From the NCBI GenBank assembly GCA_029006795.1, contig JAQXGQ010000122.1, positions 3,266 through 67,265 on the forward strand: a stretch of 64,000 nucleotides of DNA, written 5' to 3'. How positions within the stretch are numbered: the stretch's first letter is position 1; every line of letters starts with the position of its first letter. Below are positions 11,827 through 20,526 of this stretch, in pieces. The notes under the pieces are model-generated. The model was not told where the DNA came from. It ran no database searches and was given only the letters and a program-made list of their open reading frames with translations. The position numbers and the translations under genes were made by a program. The DNA is from Clostridiales bacterium. GTDB taxonomy: Bacteria > Bacillota > Clostridia > Lachnospirales > Lachnospiraceae.

Positions 11827-13674
11827 TTAGTCTTTTTGATATTCAAACAGCTGATAATATTGCAGACGGCGATAAACGTTGAAATCCTTCTGTTCTTCCT
11901 TAACAGTAGTCTCTGTCCCATCCGCTTTTACAGTCCGCATCGCCGAAACAATCGGATAATCCTTCTTTAATTCCATCAGATAAGACTGATATTCATTTAA
12001 CGGAACACCGGCACATTCTAACACTTCTGCCGCCAGATAATTGGCACTGGTATCTGCCCCTGTTTCCTCCTCAATATCATAGTTTGCCCAGATAACATAG
12101 GGCACCTGATAACGCAGTTTTAATTCTTCCTCGCTTAAATTGTTCCATGACATTCCGTTTTTTGAAAGAATGGTGGACGCAACCATATCACTTGGCTGAT
12201 GATCCCCAAAAAAGACGATAACCGTTTTTTCATCCACATCGGAAAAATAAGATACCAGACGTTCTAAGGACGCATCGGAAAGTTTTATCAAGGAAAGATA
12301 CTGATTTAGGGAAAAATTATCAGCATCTTCCACCGTAATATCCGGCGTAAAATTATCATAAGCATCCTGATAGCCACCATGATTCTGCATAGTAACATTA
12401 AAGGCAAACAGGGGCTTTTCTTCTTCTTTTGTCTCATAAAATTCTATCAGCTTTTCCACACAGCTTTCATCACTGATATACCCACGGACATATTGTGGCA
12501 GCAGATAATCCTCTTTAAACACACTGCGTTCAAATCCCAACCACGGATAAACCGTATTTCGTTCCCATCCACCCGCATTGTATGGATGTGTCGCCACTGT
12601 CTCATAGCCAAGTTCCCGCAAGTATTCCGGCAATGCCATCATATCTCCTGTAATATACTGTTGGTAGGGGATACTTCCCTGCGGCAAAAATGCCATCGTA
12701 TTTCCCGTCAAAAACTCAAATTCTGTGTTAGCAGTATTTCCACCACAGACAGAAACATTTAACATTCCTGTTACGGTATTTTCAGCGCCACTTTGCAGGC
12801 TGTGTACAAAAGGCATGTAATCTTCGTTAGTCTCAAACTCTCCTAAGACCGATAAATCGGAAAAGGCCTCATTCATAACTACAATAATATTCGGCAGCTC
12901 CTTAGAAAATTTCTCCTCTTTTTCCACATCAGTGCCATATTCTTCTAACACTGCCTGTGCTTCGCTGCTGTACCCCTGTGGCTTTTCAATAGACATATAG
13001 GCAAGATTCATCACAAAAGTCACCGCTATTCCGTCCACATCTGTCATATATACCGGAGTAAATAGCTTGTTGTACAGTCTGTGGCTGTTCTGAAAATCTT
13101 CCTGCTGCAAGGCATTTGAAAAAATACAGAGTACCAATAGCAGCGCTGCTGCCGGAATCAGTCGTTTCCAGAATGCCAGTGCTTTTATTTCCACTTTTAC
13201 AAAACGAAATAAAAAGATGCAGACCGCAAAAGCAATCGTTACCACCAACATCCTGGCATCAGGCATAAAGTCATAATTGTCCGCTACGCTTACTGCCGTC
13301 TTTAAGGATAGAATATCCCACGGCACAATAGGGTTGGTACGAAAGCGTACCACATAGGCATTGGCAATCCCATAAATCATTGCCACGCTAAACAAAATTC
13401 TGTGTGCTCTCTTTAAAGTTCCTGTCAGACAAAACAGAATTCCTCCTAATAATTCAAATAATATTATATTAAAAAACTGTGCCCAGGGACGAACCTCCGT
13501 AAAAGGATTGTGACTGTAACTTTCCAACAGATAAAAACATCCTACCGGCGGTAAAATGATCAGAAAAAAAGCTGCCACACAGTGCATTATCTTTTTCCCG
13601 TCTGCTTTTTTTATATTTCTATGTTTCCCCTGCTTTTCTGTGGGAACACGCTTTACTTTTCTACTTGCATTCAT
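11827..13674 (-). CDS. LTA synthase family protein (sulfatase fold)
   Basis: N-terminal TMs; PNIIVVMNEAF, GGNTANTEFEFLTG, TMQNHG, FFGDHQP. Start placed at the ATG with AGGAGAG RBS. Confidence 0.9.
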   Translation of the reverse strand: MNASRKVKRVPTEKQGKHRNIKKADGKKIMHCVAAFFLIILPPVGCFYLLESYSHNPFTEVRPWAQFFNIILFELLGGILFCLTGTLKRAHRILFSVAMIYGIANAYVVRFRTNPIVPWDILSLKTAVSVADNYDFMPDARMLVVTIAFAVCIFLFRFVKVEIKALAFWKRLIPAAALLLVLCIFSNALQQEDFQNSHRLYNKLFTPVYMTDVDGIAVTFVMNLAYMSIEKPQGYSSEAQAVLEEYGTDVEKEEKFSKELPNIIVVMNEAFSDLSVLGEFETNEDYMPFVHSLQSGAENTVTGMLNVSVCGGNTANTEFEFLTGNTMAFLPQGSIPYQQYITGDMMALPEYLRELGYETVATHPYNAGGWERNTVYPWLGFERSVFKEDYLLPQYVRGYISDESCVEKLIEFYETKEEEKPLFAFNVTMQNHGGYQDAYDNFTPDITVEDADNFSLNQYLSLIKLSDASLERLVSYFSDVDEKTVIVFFGDHQPSDMVASTILSKNGMSWNNLSEEELKLRYQVPYVIWANYDIEEETGADTSANYLAAEVLECAGVPLNEYQSYLMELKKDYPIVSAMRTVKADGTETTVKEEQKDFNVYRRLQYYQLFEYQKD

Positions 13675-13888
13675 GTCATACTCTCCTGCACCAATGGGTT
13701 CTTTCCCCTTTTTGCCATAGGACATTTTAACATATTCTATCTGTCGTGGAAACGTATTCTCCAAATTTTCACAAATTCTTAAAAATACAGTGTTTATTTT
13801 TTCTTACATATTATGTCGTATTTCGTGTCTTTTTTTGACATTTTATGTGAATAACAACGAATTGTATATTTTTCTGCTAAATGTTATC

Positions 13889-13917
13889 TTGACTTTCTAT
13901 CCAAAATCCCCTAGTAT
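13889..13917 (+). promoter_or_regulatory. sigma-A promoter for the small ORF
   Basis: TTGACT-17-TAGTAT. Confidence 0.6.
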
Positions 13918-13959
13918 TTTTCTTGGACAAACAATTATTATAGAAAAGGGATTTTGAAA

Positions 13960-14115
13960 ATGAACGTTGAAACGGAATTAGTACGTTTAACGAAAGAAAA
14001 TGACAATTTCAAGAAAATCATTGAAACACAGCAGAACACTATCAAAAAGATGGTGGATTACTTTATTTTAGAGAAAAGAGAGGGTAGCACAAAAAATTTT
14101 ACAGTGGATTGTTAG
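13960..14115 (+). CDS. small coiled-coil protein, 51 aa (not in ORF track)
   Basis: MNVETELVRLTKENDNFKKIIETQQNTIKKMVDYFILEKREGSTKNFTVDC; AAAGGGA RBS, own promoter and terminator. Confidence 0.7.
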   Translation: MNVETELVRLTKENDNFKKIIETQQNTIKKMVDYFILEKREGSTKNFTVDC

Positions 14116-14130
14116 AACAGTATAGCAAAA

Positions 14131-14181
14131 AGATGCCGGTATCTATTTACATTACAGTACAATAGATACCGGCATTTTTTT
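14131..14181 (+). terminator. intrinsic terminator
   Basis: ATGCCGGTATCTATT...AATAGATACCGGCAT followed by a T run. Confidence 0.85.
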
Positions 14182-14219
14182 GAAAAAAATAAATCGACTG
14201 ACTGTCGATTTATTTTTAA

Positions 14220-14302
14220 TGCCGGCAATGGGACTTGAACCCATACGATGTTGCCACCGCCAGATTTTGAGTCTGGTGCGTCTGCCATTCCGCCACGCCG
14301 GC
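14220..14302 (-). tRNA. tRNA-Leu(CAA)
   Basis: GCCGGCGTGGCGGAATGGCAGACGC-CCAGA CT CAA AA TCTGG-long variable arm-GGTTCAAGTCC; no encoded CCA. Confidence 0.97.
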
Positions 14303-14400
14303 TTATCTATTATTTTTGCTTAAGTTTTCGCTCAAGCAAAACTTATTTTATCATAACCATTTTCAAATTGCAACCATAAAATAAAATTATTCTTCCTTCA

Positions 14401-14429
14401 TTGACATTAGTTATCATATATGATAACTT
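14401..14429 (+). promoter_or_regulatory. promoter with palindromic operator upstream of XRE gene
   Basis: TTGACA at 14401; perfect palindrome GTTATCATATATGATAAC (14410-14427) over the spacer/-10 region. Confidence 0.7.
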
Positions 14430-14480
14430 TTTATTAGATTGATTTTAAAAGCCGCCTAAGCGGCGGAATTGAGGACGTTA

Positions 14481-14705
14481 ATGAAAGATGTTGACAAACA
14501 GCTTGCTCCCCGTTACGAAGTGGTGGAACAGCTCAAAGAAGTCCGCAAAGCCCAACACGTAACCCAGGAGGTTCTCGCAGAGCGTGTCGGCACAAAGAAA
14601 TCCAATATTTCCCGATTGGAGAGCGGCAATTACAATCCCAGCCTTGATTTTCTGATTAAAGTAGCAGGAAGTCTCGGCAAACAAATACATATCAAAATTC
14701 AATAA
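14481..14705 (+). CDS. XRE/Cro-family HTH regulator
   Basis: VTQEVLAERVGTKKSNISRLESGNYNPSLDFL. Confidence 0.9.
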   Translation: MKDVDKQLAPRYEVVEQLKEVRKAQHVTQEVLAERVGTKKSNISRLESGNYNPSLDFLIKVAGSLGKQIHIKIQ

Positions 14706-14756
14706 CGGGATAATTTATCAACAGACAAAAATCTGACTATCATAAGGAGGCACAAG

Positions 14757-15050
14757 ATGGGACACGGATTATTACTTGGAAAAAATCCACGCCATATTGA
14801 CAAAGATGTGGAACTATGCCGCACCACCAATGAGCGTATCAGCAATCAGGCGGCGAACTTACTGATTGAAAACCGAATACCTTTTACGCGAAACTGGGTC
14901 AAAATACCATTTTTTCAGCGAGAAAAATATGCCGGTGCGGAGCAATTCTATGTGATTTGCACCAACCGAAACCGATACGGACAGGCGCGAAGAACTCTAG
15001 AACAAATGGATGCAGTATTCCGCAAACGATTAATTGTAAGTAATTATTAA
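14757..15050 (+). CDS. hypothetical protein
   Basis: AAGGAGG RBS, 97 aa, followed by a terminator (15054-15084). Confidence 0.75.
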   Translation: MGHGLLLGKNPRHIDKDVELCRTTNERISNQAANLLIENRIPFTRNWVKIPFFQREKYAGAEQFYVICTNRNRYGQARRTLEQMDAVFRKRLIVSNY

Positions 15051-15203
15051 GATAAAGACGGGCTGTAATAGCCTGTTTTTTTGTTTTACACTTTTTCTAA
15101 TTTAGGTTCTTGACAAATCTTTATTCCGTTCTATAATTAAACTCTAAGTTCAATTAATTCATTAAAAATATTAAAGACCAGTTTTTTATGAAGGAGGCTT
15201 CTT

Positions 15204-15851
15204 ATGGGAAGAAGAAAAAAAGAACCTGCCCACATTCATAGGCAACGCATCGCTGTCGCTGCTGAAACTCTTTTTGCTTCCAAAGGTGTTTCGGTTACTT
15301 CTATGGATGATATTGCAAAAGCAGCAGGATACAGCAAGGCTACCCTCTATGTTTACTTTCAAAGCAAGGAGGAAATCATAGGCGTTCTCACCTTAAAAAG
15401 TATGGAGGGTCTCTATGAGTGTCTGTCGCAAGCTCTACAGTCAACCAAAAGTATGCAGGAGAAATATTATCTTCTCTGTCAGGCATTATTGCAATACAGT
15501 GAGGACTATCCTTTTTATTTCAAAACAGTATTGGAACAAATCAATATTGACATGGAACACTCAGACTGCCCAAAGGAAGATTACGAGACCTTTCACATAG
15601 GAGAAAAAATCAACCATCTGCTTTATGATTTTCTTTCAGAAGGCATAAAAAGCGGTATCTTTCGTGATGATTTAGTCATCCTGCCCACTATCTTTTCTTT
15701 CTGGGGCGCTCTCTCTGGTCTGATACAGCTTGCCACCAACAAGGAAACCTATCTTCTTCAGGAATTAAATCAGACAAAACAAGAGTTTCTGAATTATGGA
15801 TTTACGATGTTCTATCGTTCCATTACAAAGGAGGAATACCATGATGAATAA
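15204..15851 (+). CDS. TetR/AcrR-family regulator
   Basis: TSMDDIAKAAGYSKATLYVYFQSKEEI; promoter TTGACA-16-TATAAT at 15110-15137. Confidence 0.93.
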   Translation: MGRRKKEPAHIHRQRIAVAAETLFASKGVSVTSMDDIAKAAGYSKATLYVYFQSKEEIIGVLTLKSMEGLYECLSQALQSTKSMQEKYYLLCQALLQYSEDYPFYFKTVLEQINIDMEHSDCPKEDYETFHIGEKINHLLYDFLSEGIKSGIFRDDLVILPTIFSFWGALSGLIQLATNKETYLLQELNQTKQEFLNYGFTMFYRSITKEEYHDE

Positions 15852-16413
15852 GAAACATCTTCTCGCTATCTTAGGAAGCCCCCACCAGCAAGGTCCTACC
15901 GCACAAATGCTAAATCTCGCTGTCTCAGCGGCGAAATCTGCCGGATATACAATATCGGAAATCAATCTCTACGAAATGGAATTAGCCCCCTGTAAGGGAT
16001 GCCTTGCCTGCCATTCTTCGAGAGAATGTGTATTGGATGATGACATCAAAACAATTACAAAGCTGCTCAAAGAAGCAAATTTGATTCTCCTTGCAGCACC
16101 TGTTTACTGGGCAAATGTCCCTGCTGTGGTAAAAAATATGTTTGACCGTCTCTGTGGTACATCTATGGAGGAAACCGCTACTTTTCCAAAGGGACTTTTC
16201 CCTGGAAAGAAATATATGTTTTTCACTGCATGTCACACCCCTGCACCATTCTGTCATCTTTTCAGGCAAAGTAGTGGTGCCATACGAAATGCAGATGAAT
16301 TTTTTAAAACTGCAGGCATGAAATGTGCCGGACATTTCGTCTGGGACAACACCAAAAAGAAAAAAGAAATGCCTAAAAGACTGGCAAAAAGAATTGAAAG
16401 GAGTTTTTCTTAA
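15841..16413 (+). CDS. flavodoxin family / NADPH-dependent FMN reductase (iron-sulfur flavoprotein-like)
   Basis: LGSPH..GPT, CKGCLACH...C, APVYW..VPA..KNMFDR. Confidence 0.88.
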   Translation: MMNKKHLLAILGSPHQQGPTAQMLNLAVSAAKSAGYTISEINLYEMELAPCKGCLACHSSRECVLDDDIKTITKLLKEANLILLAAPVYWANVPAVVKNMFDRLCGTSMEETATFPKGLFPGKKYMFFTACHTPAPFCHLFRQSSGAIRNADEFFKTAGMKCAGHFVWDNTKKKKEMPKRLAKRIERSFS

Positions 16414-16415
16414 TT

Positions 16416-17093
16416 ATGGGAATTGTTTTAGGATTTGTATGTATTTTTCTTTTTTTACTGCTTTGTGCGAAAGCTCTTACTCGGAAATTTCATTTAAAAC
16501 GGGCAGACGCGTTTCTTTTTAAACTCCACAAACCGGTCTCTGTACTGCTGATACTGGTATGTCTATTCCATATAATAGCTGTACTTCCGGTAATAAAGAC
16601 CCGCCATATTCTGCTTACTGTTTCCGGTATCTGTGTCATTTTCTTCATGATACTGCTTATCATTTTATGTCACAAAGCAAAGCCAAAAGCCCTAAAGCTC
16701 CGCCTTCACCGGATTTTTGCCTTCCTTATGGCACTTGCAATTATTTTTCATATAGGAATTTACTATATAGACTTTGCAGCCTACCAAGATAAAATAGCTA
16801 CAGTTTCAATTGAAGAAATAAATTTTTCGCAAATAAAGGACGGCACATACATCGGTGAATACGATGCCGGATATATCTATGCAAAGGTGCAGGTTACAAT
16901 AGACGACGGGGCAATGACAGACCTCATTCTGCTAGAACATAGAAATGAGCGTGGCAAACCTGCAGAAGCCATCCTGCCTGAAATTATAAACAGACAGAGC
17001 CTCACTGTTGATACCATATCCGGTGCCACTAACTCGAGTCTGGTAATAAAAGCTGCCATCCAAAAGGCTCTTCAAAATTCACAAACCCGGTAG
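16416..17093 (+). CDS. membrane protein with C-terminal FMN-binding (flavinylation) domain
   Basis: Four TMs with His residues (cytochrome-b-like); DGTYIG and VDTISGATNSS ApbE-type flavinylation motif. Confidence 0.85.
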   Translation: MGIVLGFVCIFLFLLLCAKALTRKFHLKRADAFLFKLHKPVSVLLILVCLFHIIAVLPVIKTRHILLTVSGICVIFFMILLIILCHKAKPKALKLRLHRIFAFLMALAIIFHIGIYYIDFAAYQDKIATVSIEEINFSQIKDGTYIGEYDAGYIYAKVQVTIDDGAMTDLILLEHRNERGKPAEAILPEIINRQSLTVDTISGATNSSLVIKAAIQKALQNSQTR

Positions 17094-17818
17094 AGATAGC
17101 TGTTTCCCTGCTTTCCTATCCGCTCCACGATATTTAAATCATTCATAATCAAAAGCACGGTTCCCGCTAACTTAGCGGGAATTTTTGCACATTTAGCAAA
17201 ATCCTTCGTAGTGAACGGCTCTCCTAAATCATAAGGAATGAGTTGCATATAATCTTCTCTACGCTCAATACAGACCTCTTCCACAAACCGGATGGGAATT
17301 CTATCGTAACGCTCACTGCCCTTTTTCTTATCTCTGCTCCAACCGTTTAGCAGACGATACTCCTCCATATCAAGGAGCGCAAGCCGAAATTTCAAATTTT
17401 CATTTTTTAAAAAAGGACGTATTTTATATAGCTCAATAAATGCCTGATAGGGATTTCCATGTTTCGGAGATTTACGCTTCGGGGAGGTTTCTCCGCTCTC
17501 CTCATCAATCCAGCTAAGCCATTTTTCATTGGGAATCGGGTAGACAATGGTAACCGGATACTGTTTTAAAAATACCTCCAATTTTCTTCTCATCGCATGA
17601 AATGCACGGGTCTGTATCTCAATAATCTCCGTCCCCGTAAAAATATCAGCCACAAAATTTTCGATGGGAATCTCATGCATATCCGCATCTGGGGCATAAT
17701 AGTTCTTTAGAACCGCATGCACTGTTTTTTCCGAAAGAGTTCCAATGCCCTGCCGCTCCCGGTCTCTGCCGATAACTAAGTTCTTTGCTGCTTCAAATCT
17801 ACCCTCATCGATACACAT
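17072..17818 (-). CDS. hypothetical protein, putative PD-(D/E)XK nuclease-like with C-terminal winged helix
   Basis: E..H..LK...E......AD.......IEIQT pattern; C-terminal FTTKDFAK...ERIGKQGNSYLY. Confidence 0.75.
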   Translation of the reverse strand: MCIDEGRFEAAKNLVIGRDRERQGIGTLSEKTVHAVLKNYYAPDADMHEIPIENFVADIFTGTEIIEIQTRAFHAMRRKLEVFLKQYPVTIVYPIPNEKWLSWIDEESGETSPKRKSPKHGNPYQAFIELYKIRPFLKNENLKFRLALLDMEEYRLLNGWSRDKKKGSERYDRIPIRFVEEVCIERREDYMQLIPYDLGEPFTTKDFAKCAKIPAKLAGTVLLIMNDLNIVERIGKQGNSYLYRVCEF

Positions 17819-17849
17819 ACCCTACTCCTGTCAGATAAGAAATCTACTC

Positions 17850-17990
17850 TAAAACAAAGTGGGAAAGCCCACGTCAACTCCCTTCCCCTCAATCTTTGAG
17901 GGGCTTGTTCACTTTGCGCGCCGGTTGTGGTATGCGTAGCATATCTTTCCTCTCCACAACCGTGCGCATCTTGCACGGAGTGCTTTATGT
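17850..17990. repeat. GC-rich multi-hairpin intergenic element (REP-like or structured RNA)
   Basis: GCGC.CGGTTGTGG...CCACAACCG.GCGC, TATGCGTAGCATA and CCCCTCAA..TTGAGGGG stems. Confidence 0.55.
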
Positions 17991-17997
17991 AAAAAAT

Positions 17998-19281
17998 TTA
18001 CTGTTTCTCCGGATGTTTCATGTTCTTTAAAATATCAAAACAATCAAAGGTTCTGAAATAATCATCCGGGGTCTCCGCACGACGGATTAATTGGGTGGAA
18101 CCATCCTCTTTTAGCAATACCTCTGCAGAACGGAGCTTTCCGTTATAGTTATATCCCATAGAAAATCCGTGGGCGCCGGTGTCATGGATGACTAACAAGT
18201 CTCCCATCTCAATCTCCGGCAACATGCGGTCTACCGCAAATTTATCACAGTTTTCACAAAGAGATCCGGTTACGTCATATTTGTGGTCGCATGGTGCATC
18301 TTCTTTTCCCATAACGGTAATATGATGATATGCGCCATAGATGGCCGGACGCATTAAGTTTACGGCACAGGCATCCACACCGATGTACTCTTTATGAGTG
18401 TGTTTCTCATGGATTGCTCTAGTCACCAGACATCCATAAGGAGCTAACATAAAGCGTCCCATCTCGGTAAAGATAGAAATGTGACCTAATCCGGCAGGAA
18501 CTAACACTTCTTCAAATGCTTTTCTTACCCCTTCCCCGATAACATGAATATCATTCGGTGTCTGGTCAGGGCTGTATGGCACTCCCACACCGCCGGAAAG
18601 ATTGACAAACTGAATGTCACATCCTGTCTTTTCTTTTAATTCCACCACCAGTTCAAAAAGCTGCCTTGCCAACTTCGGGTAGTATTCATTGGTAACGGTA
18701 TTGCTTGCTAAAAATGCGTGAATACCAAAATGTTTTGCACCTTTCTCCTTTAGTACTTTAAATCCCTCAATGATCTGGTCGTGGGTAAATCCGTATTTTG
18801 CATCCCCCGGGTTATCCATGATACCATTGCTCATTTTAAATACACCACCCGGATTGTAACGGCAGCTGATGGTCTCAGGAATTTTTCCGATGGTCTTCTC
18901 TAAGAAATCAATATGGGTAAAATCATCTAAATTGATGATAGCCCCTAACTCTGCTGCAAATTTAAACTCTTCTGCCGGTGTATCATTCGAGGAAAACATA
19001 ATATGTTTTCCATCAAACCCCTGAGAATCTGCTAACATCAACTCTGTTAAGGAAGCACAATCACATCCACAGTCATAATCTTTTAAAATATCTAAAATAT
19101 ATGGATTTGGAGTTGCTTTCACAGCAAAGTACTCACGAAATCCCGGGTTCCAGGAAAACGCCTCTTTGACTGCCTTTGCATTCTCACGGATACCTTTCTC
19201 GTCGTATAAATGAAACGGGGTTGGAAATTTTTTTGTAATTTCCTCAAGCTGTTCTTTGGTAACAAATGGTTGTTTTTTCAT
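17998..19281 (-). CDS. lysA: diaminopimelate decarboxylase
   Basis: PTPFHLYDE, YFAVKATPN (PLP lysine), EMGR, RPAIYGAYH, GSLCEN.D, MGYNYN. Confidence 0.93.
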   Translation of the reverse strand: MKKQPFVTKEQLEEITKKFPTPFHLYDEKGIRENAKAVKEAFSWNPGFREYFAVKATPNPYILDILKDYDCGCDCASLTELMLADSQGFDGKHIMFSSNDTPAEEFKFAAELGAIINLDDFTHIDFLEKTIGKIPETISCRYNPGGVFKMSNGIMDNPGDAKYGFTHDQIIEGFKVLKEKGAKHFGIHAFLASNTVTNEYYPKLARQLFELVVELKEKTGCDIQFVNLSGGVGVPYSPDQTPNDIHVIGEGVRKAFEEVLVPAGLGHISIFTEMGRFMLAPYGCLVTRAIHEKHTHKEYIGVDACAVNLMRPAIYGAYHHITVMGKEDAPCDHKYDVTGSLCENCDKFAVDRMLPEIEMGDLLVIHDTGAHGFSMGYNYNGKLRSAEVLLKEDGSTQLIRRAETPDDYFRTFDCFDILKNMKHPEKQ

Positions 19282-19305
19282 TTTTATTCCTCCTTTGATA
19301 TACGC

Positions 19306-19638
19306 CTAAAATACGGCTTGAACTAAAAACATATATAATACGGTGCCAACACCGATACTTAACAAATTATTCCTCTTCCATAAATGAAGAAGAATGACCA
19401 CGATAACTGCAACTGCCTCCGGTATCCCATATGGATAAGCCGTAAGTCTGACATCTTTCAAACAATAAATAATCAACATTCCGATGACCGCCGGCGGCAA
19501 CACTTTTCCTAAATATTGCACAGTAGGCGGGATTTCCTTTCCCGGTGGAAAAAATAAAAACGGAAACAGTCTCGTAAAAAATATGGTTCCCGCAACAACT
19601 GCAATTATGACAAGAGAACGAAATACGCTAATCTGCAT
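19306..19638 (-). CDS. azlD: branched-chain amino acid exporter small subunit
   Basis: TRLFPF, LGKVLPPAVIGML, LLSIGVGT. Confidence 0.9.
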   Translation of the reverse strand: MQISVFRSLVIIAVVAGTIFFTRLFPFLFFPPGKEIPPTVQYLGKVLPPAVIGMLIIYCLKDVRLTAYPYGIPEAVAVIVVILLHLWKRNNLLSIGVGTVLYMFLVQAVF

Positions 19639-20365
19639 GTTCTTCCTCCTTCTTCTCCATCCATATTCTTTTTCCTGAAAGCAGAACCACCATCATCACA
19701 ATCATGGTCGGCAATATAAAATTCTCTGCCCCGAAAATCAACAGACAAAGCAGTGCACAACCTAATCCCACGCACGCAGAGGGACGTTTTTTTTCATCCA
19801 TCCACTGTTCTACCATAATGACTACAAACAATGCGGTCATGGCAAAATCTATTCCTGTAGCTTCTATCGGAAGCCACCTGCCGAGCAATGCACCAATACC
19901 AGACCCTAAAATCCAGTAAAACTGGTCTAACATTGCAATGGCAAACAAAAATTTTGACTCATCCACTGCCTCGGGAGTCTTTGTAATAAAAAGAAGCGAA
20001 TAGGTTTCATCCGTCAAAGAAAAAATCATGTACCACCGTTTTCTTCCCATTTTTGAGAAACGCTCTAACAAAGATAACCCATAAAAAATATGGCGGACAT
20101 TCACCATAAATTCCATAAAAATTATTTCTAACAAACTCACACCCGGCACAAAAAAATTGACTGCCAGATACTGACCGCTTCCTGCATAGCAAACCAGACT
20201 CATAAACATTGCCCACAGGAAATTGTATCCTTTTTCCTGTATCATTACTCCAAAAGCCATACCGATAAACAGATATCCCGTCAAAACCGGAATCGTATAT
20301 GGAAATGCTGCCCGAAAGGCTTTGGCATATCCAAAACTCCCTTTTTTCTTTACTTTTTCTGACAT
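19628..20365 (-). CDS. azlC: branched-chain amino acid exporter AzlC
   Basis: YAGSGQY, VNVRHIFYG, LTDETYS, GIDFAMTALF. Confidence 0.93.
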   Translation of the reverse strand: MSEKVKKKGSFGYAKAFRAAFPYTIPVLTGYLFIGMAFGVMIQEKGYNFLWAMFMSLVCYAGSGQYLAVNFFVPGVSLLEIIFMEFMVNVRHIFYGLSLLERFSKMGRKRWYMIFSLTDETYSLLFITKTPEAVDESKFLFAIAMLDQFYWILGSGIGALLGRWLPIEATGIDFAMTALFVVIMVEQWMDEKKRPSACVGLGCALLCLLIFGAENFILPTMIVMMVVLLSGKRIWMEKKEEEHAD

Positions 20366-20526
20366 TTCCTAATCCCCTGCATTTTTCTCTATTGCAATTT
20401 GTACTCTACAATATTTTCCTGTATACATCAAGATAACTTCCGTTTTTTTTCAACAAAATCTTTGCTTTTTCTGTGACTTATGATATACTTTTTATAGTTA
20501 TGTTTGTATGACTGAAGGAGTTATGA

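Noticed and set aside
14481-15050. XRE plus small ORF as a toxin-antitoxin pair
   Set aside because: The second ORF has no RelE/HigB/HicA/PIN features and the genes are not translationally coupled.
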